Shown here piece by piece: positions 33,553-43,862 of a stretch of DNA of 64,000 nt. The first letter of the stretch is position 1; each line of letters opens with the position of its first letter. The notes beneath the pieces are model-generated. The model worked only from the letters and a program-made list of their open reading frames with translations, made no database searches and was not told the DNA's origin. This DNA comes from a virus (taxonomy: Duplodnaviria > Caudoviricetes): positions 1 to 64,000 of the IMG/VR virus record IMGVR_UViG_2854395284_000001. One strand, given 5' to 3'. Both the position numbers and the translations under genes were made by a program.

Positions 33553-34790
33553 TTCGATATTAACTTTATCTGATCCCGCAGAAAGTGGTGGTAATTGTTT
33601 GCCATCTTTATCAAGGATTACTTCATAATTCTTTTCGTAATCAACATAAGTGATCGGAGTTGTATGCTTTGAAATTTCTCCGCTATCATATGGTTTACAA
33701 TTTTTTCGATAATATTCCGATGGATCTGTAATTTTTATACTAAAGGAATCCGCTTCTTGTGTTATGTTTTTTATATTGATAATAATCACCTACTTTCATT
33801 TGAACTATTTAAAAAAAGAGGATAAAAGATATGTCATGGAAAATTAGAGTCAGAAGAAGTATGCAGCCATGGCCCTGGTGGGCTATAGCGTTGTTATTCT
33901 TTGTGACATTTTTGTTGAAAATGTTATAGAAGTGGAAGAGGAGAGTATTGGAAAGTTATATTTCCATACTCTCCTCAATTCAATGTTTACTGGCACATTT
34001 CAGCCCACGCACATCCTATAGATGTACTATATTTCGATATGGATATTTTGTATGACTTCCATTTGTCAATCATCTATTTTTACCGTTTTTAGTTTTTCTG
34101 TTCTCAAAACGATTAATAGCATCTATGCTAGATTTTACATTACGAGAGAAAAAATCATTTGCTTTTTAGGATCTAAGATAAATGCTTGATCAGAAGATTC
34201 ATCTTTTACGTCTTTATTTCCAATTATAGTTACACTTGCATCAATAATACCATCAGGATCAGATTTTAATGTTTTAAAAATTAATTCAGATTTAGATTCC
34301 AGGCTTTCACATCCTCCATTGATATTGTAATTTTACGATAAATACCTATATAATTTTCCTATTATTTTCCAACAACGCCAGAAATAGGATAGAAGCTGGC
34401 GTGTGATGAGAAAGCATCACAACTTTCGCGTACCGTGGAACATGCATTCAACGCATATAAACTATGGCATTATATACGCTGGAGGAAGGGTGTTCTCTCT
34501 ACTCCTCCTAACTTTCATATGCTTCGCTCGTCATTATGATATTATCTTTAATTCCATAATTGCTGCTAACATTTCACATATTACTATACGTAGTCAGGTT
34601 GGCTCGTGCGTTCTCGCGGAATTTTCATCCATTTCACTGCATTATTGCAGAATAGCGAATTCGACGAATTAATCCTCTATTTATTTTTTACAAGCACTAA
34701 TCTCCCTACGTTGAAATATCATTCCATTGCTATGATATTCTCCGCATTGATAAGCCAGTTTACGATAAACTATAGCCAGGATTTTGGCTA

Positions 34791-34988
34791 ACCTATGCTT
34801 GATATAAATTTGAAACCACCAAGTGCTGTTAAAGCTGTGCCAAGTGGCCCAAGTGTTTCAGTAATTTTAGTAAGAATTTCTAAGAATTGTGTTCCGCTAT
34901 CTATGACAGCCTTGAAAGTGTCTGATGATAGAACAGAAGTTGAAAATTCTTGGAATGTAGCCTTGAATTTTTCAAGACTGTAATCGAT
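34791..34988 (-). CDS. Tape measure protein exon 3 (66 codons; absent from ORF track)
   Basis: Open frame IDYSLEKFKATFQEFSTSVLSSDTFKAVIDSGTQFLEIL...GGFKFISSIG; in frame with both neighbours. Confidence 0.85.
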
Positions 34989-35531
34989 CGTTATATTAAC
35001 AATAGTCGCTAATTATTGTTTTGTTGTATATTATATATAGAAATAACATACAACAAACTCATACCTTCGCATGAGAGTAGACTATTTCTTAACCACACTC
35101 TAAATAGAAGAGCAGCAGTCACACCTTTTCGATTTAAAGGGATCTCACCTACGTTTATAGCGATTACGCCCTACGAGTATTGAATTAGATATTCGAGATT
35201 TCCACTCTTATTTTTAATATTCTCTACATAAATAAGAATATTTTCTAATTCCCGATATGGCTCTAGTCGTTGAAGATTTTCCCTCGACTTAACTAACATT
35301 TGATCAATGTATAACGTTAGGGAACTTTCCTGCATGAACAGCAATTCCTGATTTATATAAAATCAGTAAACTCGATACTTAGGCTTTTGACCATATATCA
35401 TCCTTACGTTGTTTCTACTTTCGTCCCATCATAATATGATTTCTCCATTATTGTGGTGTAAGGCTTTACGCGTTACCTGCAATTAAATGTGTTCTTTATG
35501 CACATTTCTGTACATACGGGTATACGAATTT
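34989..35531 (-). ncRNA. Group I intron 2 of tape measure gene (543 nt, no ORF)
   Basis: GGT|...G|ATC junction restores frame; P7 CAACGACUAG/AAUAGUCU; long sequence blocks shared with intron 1. Confidence 0.85.
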
Positions 35532-35682
35532 ACCCTTTTGGTAATTAGTTAATTCCTTTTCGGCGGAATCTTCGGAATCGTTCATCGCAGTATTAAGCGC
35601 TTGACGAGCAATGTCAAACTGGGACATAAGTGCGCTCATTACCGCTCCTTGATTTTTTCCTGCGATCAACTCAGTTACACTT
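35532..35682 (-). CDS. Tape measure protein exon 2 (151 nt; absent from ORF track)
   Basis: SVTELIAGKNQGAVMSALMSQFDIARQALNTAMNDSEDSAEKELTNYQKG continues the tape-measure domain. Confidence 0.85.
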
Positions 35683-36121
35683 CATATTTTTTTGTTAATA
35701 TAGCCCTCGCTTGAGACTATACCAATTATTATTGAGTCAGATAATAATTCTTATACTCGCATATAAGATCAGAGTACTTTTTAACCACATTATTCATCTT
35801 AAGAATAATAGCAGTCACACCATTTCAGACTTCATTTAGCGATTAAGCCCTACATTAAGGATTTCTCCCCCCTGACGTTGGGGTACTCGTTTGACACATC
35901 CCTATTCGGGACTTTGCGACCAAGCTACCATTTCTAATTTAAAATAATTAGCAAAATTTCTACTTAGGCTTTTGACCATATAGAATCTCTATCGTTGTTT
36001 TACTTTCGTTACATTCATATCAGCATGTTTCATCCATATTGTAGTGATAGAGCATTAGGTTTTACTGGTTTTAGATGTGTTCTCTTATGCACATTTCTGT
36101 ACATACAGGCAAGTGTAGTCT
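35683..36121 (-). ncRNA. Group I intron 1 of tape measure gene (439 nt, no ORF)
   Basis: IGS UACACUU-G-CCUG pairs exon 2 AAGUGUA and exon 1 CAGGC; P7 GAGUAC/GUACUC; terminal G. Confidence 0.85.
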
Positions 36122-38952
36122 GCCTGCTGGATGTCTGTTAAATCAGACCATTTATTTGCTAACTCATCAAGAATTTGATAAGTAGACTTAAAAGTATCTT
36201 TGTCTTTCAGAATATCTACGCCACTAAGTGCAAGCATTTCTTTTCGAAGCTTGGCAGTAGAAGTTACCATTCCTTCAGTGTCAAGACCGGCTTCTTCAAG
36301 ATCTGTTTCGGCGCTTCTTATGCGCATTGAGATCGTTTTTAGTGCTGTCCCGATTTTTTCCGGATTTTGAATTACACTATTCGCTGCACTGGCAAGCGCA
36401 ACACCCTGTTCATACGTATTGCCAGCGGCTTTTAGAGATGATGCAGATCTTTCAATTGCTTCAAAAATACCTGCTGTATCAATAGGCTGCGTATTGGCTA
36501 CCTCATTTGCCACATCTACGATATGTTGTGCTTGATCTGCTTTTAGTTGAAAACCTTTCAATGCACTAATTAGACCAGAAGAGGATGTTTCCTGGGTCAT
36601 GTTATCTCCGACACGTTGCAGAAGAGTAGTCATGTCAGACAATTCTTTTGCGTCATCAAGAGAAGCTCCGAGACGTTTCCAATCCGCAGTACTGCTAATT
36701 ACATCACTAACTGTAGCACCATATTTCTTGGCACTTTCAGCAGCCTTATCCCAGTACTGACTTAATTGGCTCTCCGATGCATCACTTGCAACTTTTGCTA
36801 ATTCAATTTGAGCATCATTAATTTCCTTTACATTAGAAACAACCTTTGATGGAATTTCCATAACGACATTCTGCAACATGCCGTAAATTCCCGTAAATTG
36901 AGCAATTTGATTAATAGCACGTTTTGTATCTTGCCAAATGTTTGCTCCTGTTAATCCTTCAGCAGAAATTTTTGCCTTCAAATCTCTTGCTTTAGCATCA
37001 ACCTCTAACTTTTGCCCTTCCGTTGTTACATTTTTATAAGCATCACGAACTTCTTCAAGCTGCGCCTTATATTTCTTCCATGCCTTACTATTGTTATTGA
37101 TATAAGATTGCATCTCATTTGACGCACGTAAAGCGACCCCAGGTGCTAGTGTTGCAGTTTCTTCAGCTTTGACCTGTTTTATCGCAGTTTTATATTTTTC
37201 TTCTTCTTCAGTCATCTTTTGAAGATTTTTACTAAGACGCTCAACCTCTTCATCACTAAGATCAGAAACATTCGTATCTTTTAATGATTTTTGAAAATCT
37301 TCACGAATCTCTTTAAACTGCTTAAGACTTTCTCTTGCACGAGTCAGTGACTCAGAAGTTTGCCCCACATACTTAGAAAGAGTATTTTTATATCCAGCTT
37401 CTGTTGCGGAATATGTTCCAGTTTGTAATTCTTTCTGAACTTCTGCTAATTTTTTACGGGCATTAATTTCCTGTTCGATGTTAGAAATGATTTTAGAATT
37501 ATCATAGTTGACCGCTTTTGTAATTCCGGAATCACTATTAGTATAAGAATCTCGTAGAGTCTTTAATTTTTCTAATTGCGATTTGCTTGCAAAACCGTCG
37601 GAATTTTTTACAAGATTATCAATTTTATCAATAGTTCTCTGAAGTGTGGTACCATCTAGATTTTTTGAAAGTGAAGTTCCAAGCGTTTTCGCGGTAGTTT
37701 CAACTTCATTAAGCTTTGCATTCAAAATATCAGCATCCGAAGCAATTTGTGTTAAATTTCCAGAAGATCCTTTTGCTAATTCTGCTTTTATACTAGCCTG
37801 TTTGTCATGTATGGTATTCACTATTTTTTCTAAAGATGATAAAACGTCTGCAGAACCATCTTGTCCAGCGTACTGAGATTTAAGCTTTTCAACTTTTGCG
37901 TCAAATTGTTTCATTGAACTATCTGAGACAAGGTTTTTTGCTTGAGCTACTTTTTTATCAATGGCATTTTGAAGCTTTGCTGCATTTGAATCTCCAATGA
38001 CGGTATCTTTTTTAGATGTTTTCTCCATAGTGCTATTGACTAGAGTCATAACATTTTTAAATTCTTTACCAGCAGAAGTACATTCATCAAATTTTGACTT
38101 AATTTGATCCATTGATGTGCCAGAAGAAACAAGGTTTGATAATTCTTTTTCCAAACCTGTTATAGTTGTATCAAGCGTTCTTGCTCTTTCAATTGCATCT
38201 GTAGATTGTCCAGCATAATTACTTAGTTGTTTCGAACGCTGTCCCTGACGAATAGCAGTATTGTCATCATTTCCATAAGCTTTGATTGTAGCATTTTTCT
38301 CATCGACATACGTGTTGTAGCCATTAGCTTTTCTACGAAAATGATTAAAAGCTTTTTGCTCCAATTCATCATTGTAAAAACCTTGCTTTTTTGCATCTGC
38401 AATATATTTTCGGTTTGCAGACATTTCATTAACTAAATCAGAAATCCGACCTTTAACATACTGTTTATCCTCTGTGGCTACTTTGCCTTTTGCTTCTTTT
38501 GTCTTTAATGAATAATATTCTGTTACGTCTTTATTTAACTGAGAATATGCTTTTTGAAGATCAACGACGGTCTGCTTCTCAGATGTTAACTTACCATTCT
38601 TGTTATAAGATTGTTGTTTTCCATCAGCATACGTATACGAATGAGAAGTAGATGGACGTCCTTTTTTATCATATATTGTTGATTGTACATACTTATCTGC
38701 GTTTTTTGGAGTACTTTGTTCAGTAGCTGTTTTAGTTTTATTTCTTTTTCTAGACGTTTGAGTATGTTTCTTTTGTTCTTTTTCAATCTCATCAGACAGC
38801 TTCTTAACCTGTTTAGATGCTTCATCTGTTTTGATATTAATCTCTTTTGGTTCAGTAATTTTCTTCTCAAAATCATCGATTATTTTTTCGCTATTTTTAT
38901 CCAGTGCAGCTTTTATAACAGCTTCGAGGTTAATTGTATGTTGTTTTGGCAT
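36122..38952 (-). CDS. Tape measure protein exon 1
   Basis: Coiled coil followed by the tape-measure core 'IGTALKTISMRIR..GVDIL..FKSTYQILDELA..W'. Confidence 0.9.
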
Positions 38953-38965
38953 TTTTTCACCACCT

Positions 38966-39433
38966 TTATAATTCTATATTATCAAGCACTTTATGTACTG
39001 AATTATCAATGATTTTATCTAATCTACCATTGACCAGTTCTTGCTCAACATAATCAAATGGTGGAGGAGTAGTATCTACAAGATGCCACTTACCATTACC
39101 ATGTTCACCCTTTAAATACATCAAATCAAACACACCTTCGTTTGTTAGTTCTTGTCCCCAGAATCCGTGATAATTTGGAACGTTTTCTTCTGTATCTTCA
39201 AAAATTATAGATGAACCTTCAGCACTTATATTGCCAGTCATGTTTTCTAATCTACCCTCGCTAAAGTCTCCTTTGTGTGTTGCATAATATTGATTAATTG
39301 ATTCATTAATAATTTTTCTATATTCTGGTTCTGCATCAGTTGCAATTTGACGTGCCATTGTAGGAACAGATTGTAATACTTTTTTATTGTAATCTTTCAG
39401 TAGCTTTTGTAGTTCCTTTGTTATATTACCCAT
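38966..39433 (-). CDS. Hypothetical tail-associated protein
   Basis: GGAGGTG RBS; directly upstream of tape measure. Confidence 0.65.
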   Translation of the reverse strand: MGNITKELQKLLKDYNKKVLQSVPTMARQIATDAEPEYRKIINESINQYYATHKGDFSEGRLENMTGNISAEGSSIIFEDTEENVPNYHGFWGQELTNEGVFDLMYLKGEHGNGKWHLVDTTPPPFDYVEQELVNGRLDKIIDNSVHKVLDNIEL

Positions 39434-39518
39434 TTTTACCACCACCTCCATATTGATAAATTAAAAAATCTCCTGGCATTTGACTGCCAGAAGATTTAAT
39501 GTATTCTTGCTTTATTTA

Positions 39519-40121
39519 TTATTTTCCTGTCATTCTTTTCTGTACATCCATTACGGTATCAACCATCACATCTCGAATTGCTTTTGCGTTAAGCATTTTA
39601 CTTTCATTCATTTTTTTAAGAATATTCATAATCATTCCAATGCTTTCTGGATTTTCAAGAACAGGTTTTGCAGCAATCTGAACATTTCGTCCAATATTTG
39701 CTACAGCATTTGCCATTTCTGCAATTTCCGTATACATTTCATGTTTTTCATCCGTACAATGAATCATTTTTTGTAGTTTAAAATCTACAATCTTTTGTAC
39801 ACTTTCCATCACATGGTTTTTGGTATTGATATACGTAAAATTAATATCATTTTTCTTATCTGATTTATCTACATTATAGAAAAATTTATTTACATGCGCA
39901 TGAAGATTTTGGTCTTGCATAACACAATCATAGATTACATCGTCTTTTTCAAATTCAACACCGTCAATAAAATAAACAGCAATAGCAGTAATAAGTGCAG
40001 CTTCCTTATTCCACGGTGTATACTCACCGCCTTCAAACATATAATCTACAATGAAGTCAATTGCTTTTTTCTCATCTGCAAGTGTAATAACCGGTTTAAT
40101 TTTTACATATTTTGTAATCAT
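39519..40121 (-). CDS. Hypothetical protein, possible tail assembly chaperone
   Basis: AAGGAG RBS; function inferred from position only. Confidence 0.55.
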   Translation of the reverse strand: MITKYVKIKPVITLADEKKAIDFIVDYMFEGGEYTPWNKEAALITAIAVYFIDGVEFEKDDVIYDCVMQDQNLHAHVNKFFYNVDKSDKKNDINFTYINTKNHVMESVQKIVDFKLQKMIHCTDEKHEMYTEIAEMANAVANIGRNVQIAAKPVLENPESIGMIMNILKKMNESKMLNAKAIRDVMVDTVMDVQKRMTGK

Positions 40122-40135
40122 TTATTTTCTCCTTT

Positions 40136-40321
40136 TTATTCCTGATAAACTCTAACTTCCCAATGATATCCGTCATCTGTATGAATACTATATTTATCAG
40201 AATAAGCATCATACTTCACCTGACAAATTTGAGAAGAATTATCTACTATTTTGAAATACAAGTGTGATGGCAAACAATAATTTCTCTTTTTTAAAATATC
40301 ATCTATTTCACTGGAATACAT
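40136..40321 (-). CDS. Small hypothetical protein
   Basis: GAGG RBS; overlaps the upstream stop. Confidence 0.6.
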   Translation of the reverse strand: MYSSEIDDILKKRNYCLPSHLYFKIVDNSSQICQVKYDAYSDKYSIHTDDGYHWEVRVYQE

Positions 40322-40778
40322 TGTTTGCCTCTTGAGTTTCTTTTTTCTTACGTTTTCTTTCTGCCCGATTCTTTTTCACGATCTCGTATTCCTGCCATCC
40401 TCCGTCGATCTTGGAATAACAAATCCATTTATAGTTAACATCTGGATAGCAGTACCAGAATAGTTTTCTTTTAATCAGTGCAACACTGTCAGGGCATCCC
40501 TTAGTGTCAATAACTTCTTCATGTCCATCCTTATAGACAATAAAAAAATCAGCCACATATTTTATTGGCTGAACAGTTTTTCCGTCGTGTTTGAACTTTG
40601 GTTGTAGCTCATATGGCTTCTGTAATTCATAATCCACCACATCGCCACTCTCCACTAATGGGCAAAGCACATCACGATAATATTTCATTTCTAAAATTGA
40701 ATCAAAAGTTATATTATTATAAGTACGTTTGCTTGTGTCCTTATCTACGTTAAATTTAGATCTAGCGATTGTAATCAC
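40308..40778 (-). CDS. DUF1064-like PD-(D/E)xK nuclease
   Basis: FDSILE..LQKPYELQP..YVADF..VIDTKG. Confidence 0.8.
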   Translation of the reverse strand: MITIARSKFNVDKDTSKRTYNNITFDSILEMKYYRDVLCPLVESGDVVDYELQKPYELQPKFKHDGKTVQPIKYVADFFIVYKDGHEEVIDTKGCPDSVALIKRKLFWYCYPDVNYKWICYSKIDGGWQEYEIVKKNRAERKRKKKETQEANNVFQ

Positions 40779-41226
40779 TTCCTTTTAAATATTATAATTA
40801 TTCTTTTATTTTAAGATTTACTTCATTGATACTATCTGTTACAAAATTTACAGCTTTTTCATATGACATATTCTTTTTCCCTAGAAATCTTCTCCGCTGT
40901 TAATTTACATATTACGGATACAAGCGTTAGTATATCTAAGGATTTTTCCAAATCCTAATGTTTTTGCTTTTTCTCCAAATTTTAAGCATATTATAAATCC
41001 AAATATATTGTTTCACCTCTCAAACAGACGGTGATTAATCTTTGATTAACAACTTATCATAATCACTTTTCATGTCTTTATATATTGACTGCTTTGTTTT
41101 TTCGACAATCATACTTATAAATTTGTTGTATAATTTTTTTAACATATAAAGACCTTCTTTCTCTTTTATTGACCGCGAATTTTATTGCGATAATTCGCGG
41201 TCATATTATTGAATGAAACTCATCTT

Positions 41227-41745
41227 TTATTTGATAACTCCGTCTTTGAGCTGTTTATGATAAACTTCTTTGATTACTTCCATACTCTCAGTAACAAGTC
41301 CATTTTCTAAATGATTTTCTTGAAGAATCATTTCATATTTTTCGTACATTCTAAAAATATGTTCAAAAGTTTCACGATTATATTTTCGACCACATGTTAC
41401 AGCAGAAGAGAAGTCTAATATCTCCCAACGAATATCATCAATTTCCTTATCTACATACATCTTTGTCAGGTTTTCAATACATTCTTTCAGCTCTTTATTA
41501 CTACGATGGAGTTCTTTCTCATCATTTTTTTGACTGATTTCCAAATCTTGGATCTTCTGCTGAGTAAAAAGTAGTAACTCATGTTCTTCTTTTTTCTCAC
41601 GCATAGCTTTAGTTTCTATTCCAAAGAATTCAAATAAAAACCAATGTAATACTTGAATAATTGCCTGGAATCCTAGCAACGCTACAAAGATTGTTATTCC
41701 GAACGCCTTCCAGTCTATGCCAAAAAAATCACGTATAGGTTCCAC
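41227..41745 (-). CDS. Membrane/coiled-coil protein, holin-associated
   Basis: N-terminal TM, coiled coil, 'IRWEILDF..YE...ENG' C-terminus; next to holin. Confidence 0.6.
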   Translation of the reverse strand: MEPIRDFFGIDWKAFGITIFVALLGFQAIIQVLHWFLFEFFGIETKAMREKKEEHELLLFTQQKIQDLEISQKNDEKELHRSNKELKECIENLTKMYVDKEIDDIRWEILDFSSAVTCGRKYNRETFEHIFRMYEKYEMILQENHLENGLVTESMEVIKEVYHKQLKDGVIK

Positions 41746-41761
41746 GTTACACCTACACTTT

Positions 41762-42022
41762 CTAAGCCTTTGGCTCTGTATAAGTCATAGCATTCTCTGA
41801 ATCACCAGCACCTGCTGTCGTAGGATCAATTACAATACCTAAAATTGCCAATACTACGAACACTGCATTAACAACGTTAACTAAATTGTCTCCAAACTCG
41901 CTCAAGTCAATTGTGAAACCAAATACTGCAGCAATAGTTTGAATAAGTACGATTACCGCTGGAATTAATGAAATCCAGAACATTTTATTTTTTACTCTAA
42001 CGAGCCAGTTAATATTTCTCAT
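41762..42022 (-). CDS. Holin, phi LC3 family
   Basis: INWLVRVKNKMFW..LAILGIVIDPTTAGAGDS. Confidence 0.9.
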   Translation of the reverse strand: MRNINWLVRVKNKMFWISLIPAVIVLIQTIAAVFGFTIDLSEFGDNLVNVVNAVFVVLAILGIVIDPTTAGAGDSENAMTYTEPKA

Positions 42023-42094
42023 AATTTTGCCCTCCATAATTTTGATATGATAGGAGAGTGATAATACACTTTTACGCCCATAACCATGAGCAAC

Positions 42095-43201
42095 CTATGT
42101 TAAGTTCCTCAATGTCATGACACAATTTTTTATTTGATTACATATGTAATCTAATTCTTCTTTTGTTTCTGATCCGCACAAAGTTAAACGGATGCCATTA
42201 TGAATATATTTTTCTTTCATTCCAATGGCAAGCAAGGTATCAGATGATTTCAAACTTCCAGAATTACAAGCAGATCCAGTAGATACAATTACACCATACT
42301 CATGAAGTAAGGTCATTAATGCTTCACCAGATACTCCTTCAAAACACAAGAATAAATTATATGGCAATCTATTATTATACGAGCCAACAACAAAAAAATT
42401 TGGAACTAATCCTGATAATGTTTTCACGAGATAATCACGTTTTTCTGGTGTACATTGATCATAATTATAATGCTGTACAACGTATCCTAGAGTTAAGATG
42501 CCAAGTGTGTTCTCTGTCCCACCAAAAAGCCCATATTCTTGTGAACCATATATAATAGGAGACAATTGAATATTATCCTTTTTATATAAAACTCCACACC
42601 CTTTTAAAGATCCTAATTTATGCGCAGAAAATCCTGCAATATCAATATCCAATTTCTTGACATCTAGTGGAATTTGACTGATCGATCCAGTGCAATCAAC
42701 ATAAATTCTCCCGTTATAAAAATGGATCAAATCAGTGAGCTTTTTTACATCTTGTATTGTACCGATTTCACTATTAGCATAATCCATAACCACAAAACTT
42801 CTTTTATGATATATAGAAAGAAGAGAATTCAAATCATCAAAATCAATTTCGCCCTGTCCATTGACTTTTAATGGAATAGCATTTCTAACTGTTTTTACAT
42901 AATTTAAAATTGATTTATGCGCAATAGGAGAGTACAGAATGACACAGTCATTTTGGTCTTTATATCCTTTGACTGCTAACGTATTAGACGCCGATCCTCC
43001 AGAAGTAAACAAAATATTACTTTCATCTGCATGAATAAAATCAGCAATATTTTTTCTTGCTTCGTTAATCTTGTTTCGAATATTTCTTCCTTCCTGATAA
43101 GCACTGGATGGATTATAATAATCGTCTAAAATAGATATAATATAATCTTTTGTCTCTTGATTTAATGGAGTAGTGGCAGCATTATCTAAATAAATTTTCA
43201 T
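42095..43201 (-). CDS. iscS: Cysteine desulfurase (IscS/NifS class I)
   Basis: IYLDNAATT, FTSGGS, NSEIGTIQ, PLP lysine SAHK, catalytic STGSAC. Confidence 0.9.
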   Translation of the reverse strand: MKIYLDNAATTPLNQETKDYIISILDDYYNPSSAYQEGRNIRNKINEARKNIADFIHADESNILFTSGGSASNTLAVKGYKDQNDCVILYSPIAHKSILNYVKTVRNAIPLKVNGQGEIDFDDLNSLLSIYHKRSFVVMDYANSEIGTIQDVKKLTDLIHFYNGRIYVDCTGSISQIPLDVKKLDIDIAGFSAHKLGSLKGCGVLYKKDNIQLSPIIYGSQEYGLFGGTENTLGILTLGYVVQHYNYDQCTPEKRDYLVKTLSGLVPNFFVVGSYNNRLPYNLFLCFEGVSGEALMTLLHEYGVIVSTGSACNSGSLKSSDTLLAIGMKEKYIHNGIRLTLCGSETKEELDYICNQIKNCVMTLRNLT

Positions 43202-43212
43202 AATCACACCTG

Positions 43213-43398
43213 CTAATCATAATATTCATTGTTGATGTAAAAATTTTTCAATGCTTCAAATAATTCCGGTGTCTTTTTATATTTCCAAACAGTTTTTCCG
43301 GTATCATCGACCTTTACGAATTCATAACGAATACCGTATTCTTTTAGATATTTATACTCGTCAACAAAAGAAGTCGCGTATTCTTTATCAAACTTCAT
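43213..43398 (-). CDS. Small hypothetical protein
   Basis: MKFDKEY..GIRYEFVK..WKYKKTPELF; co-oriented with neighbours. Confidence 0.6.
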   Translation of the reverse strand: MKFDKEYATSFVDEYKYLKEYGIRYEFVKVDDTGKTVWKYKKTPELFEALKNFYINNEYYD

Positions 43399-43485
43399 TT
43401 TTCCTTTTATTCCTTCCTGACATATAAGCGTAAAAAATAGGGGTGCATATAATTGATATATACGTACCCCTATAATTCTCATATA

Positions 43486-43839
43486 TCAATCAACACTATT
43501 TTTATTCACTTTAGATTTTGGAACAATCTTTACAGCTTGTTCTCTTTTTTTAGTCGCAGTAACTTTTTTGTCATTCTTATTATCAATAATTTCTGATACA
43601 AGTCTTTGGATATTTTCCTTGTATGCAGAAACTTTTGATAAATCACATAATGATAGGTCGGTAACTGCTGTTTCTTTACTTATTGCACCTTGAGCGTAAT
43701 CGCTTACAGTTTCAAAAACATTTTTGCAATTTTCTGTATCAAACAGATTCATCCACATCGGGAGATTCTTGCTCGTAGGACAATATCCGCAATACTCATA
43801 AGCCTTACCACAAGTAAGGCATACTCTGTTATTTGCCAT
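43486..43839 (-). CDS. Zinc-finger-like protein downstream of tail tube
   Basis: CLTCG..CGYC..C; GGGAG RBS. Confidence 0.7.
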   Translation of the reverse strand: MANNRVCLTCGKAYEYCGYCPTSKNLPMWMNLFDTENCKNVFETVSDYAQGAISKETAVTDLSLCDLSKVSAYKENIQRLVSEIIDNKNDKKVTATKKREQAVKIVPKSKVNKNSVD

Positions 43840-43862
43840 TTATTTCTCCCTTCTGATTAGAA

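Larger units (their letters stand above)
29088..34790 (-). ncRNA. Giant group I intron 3 of tape measure gene (5703 nt); ribozyme core ~34340-34790, cargo in P9 region
   Basis: IGS AACUG-G-CUUAU (34750-34760) complementary to the ligated junction AUAGG-U-CAGUU; P3, P4, P6a, P7 G(A)GAACA/UGUUCC and P8 identifiable; terminal G at 29088. Confidence 0.8.

Noticed and set aside
34770-34796. GGT-TAG followed by a UAGCC...GGCUA hairpin resembles the T4 gene 60 ribosomal bypass take-off site
   Set aside because: The gap is 5.7 kb, and the group I core with an 11-nt IGS match explains the junction better; the hairpin would lie in the P1 loop.
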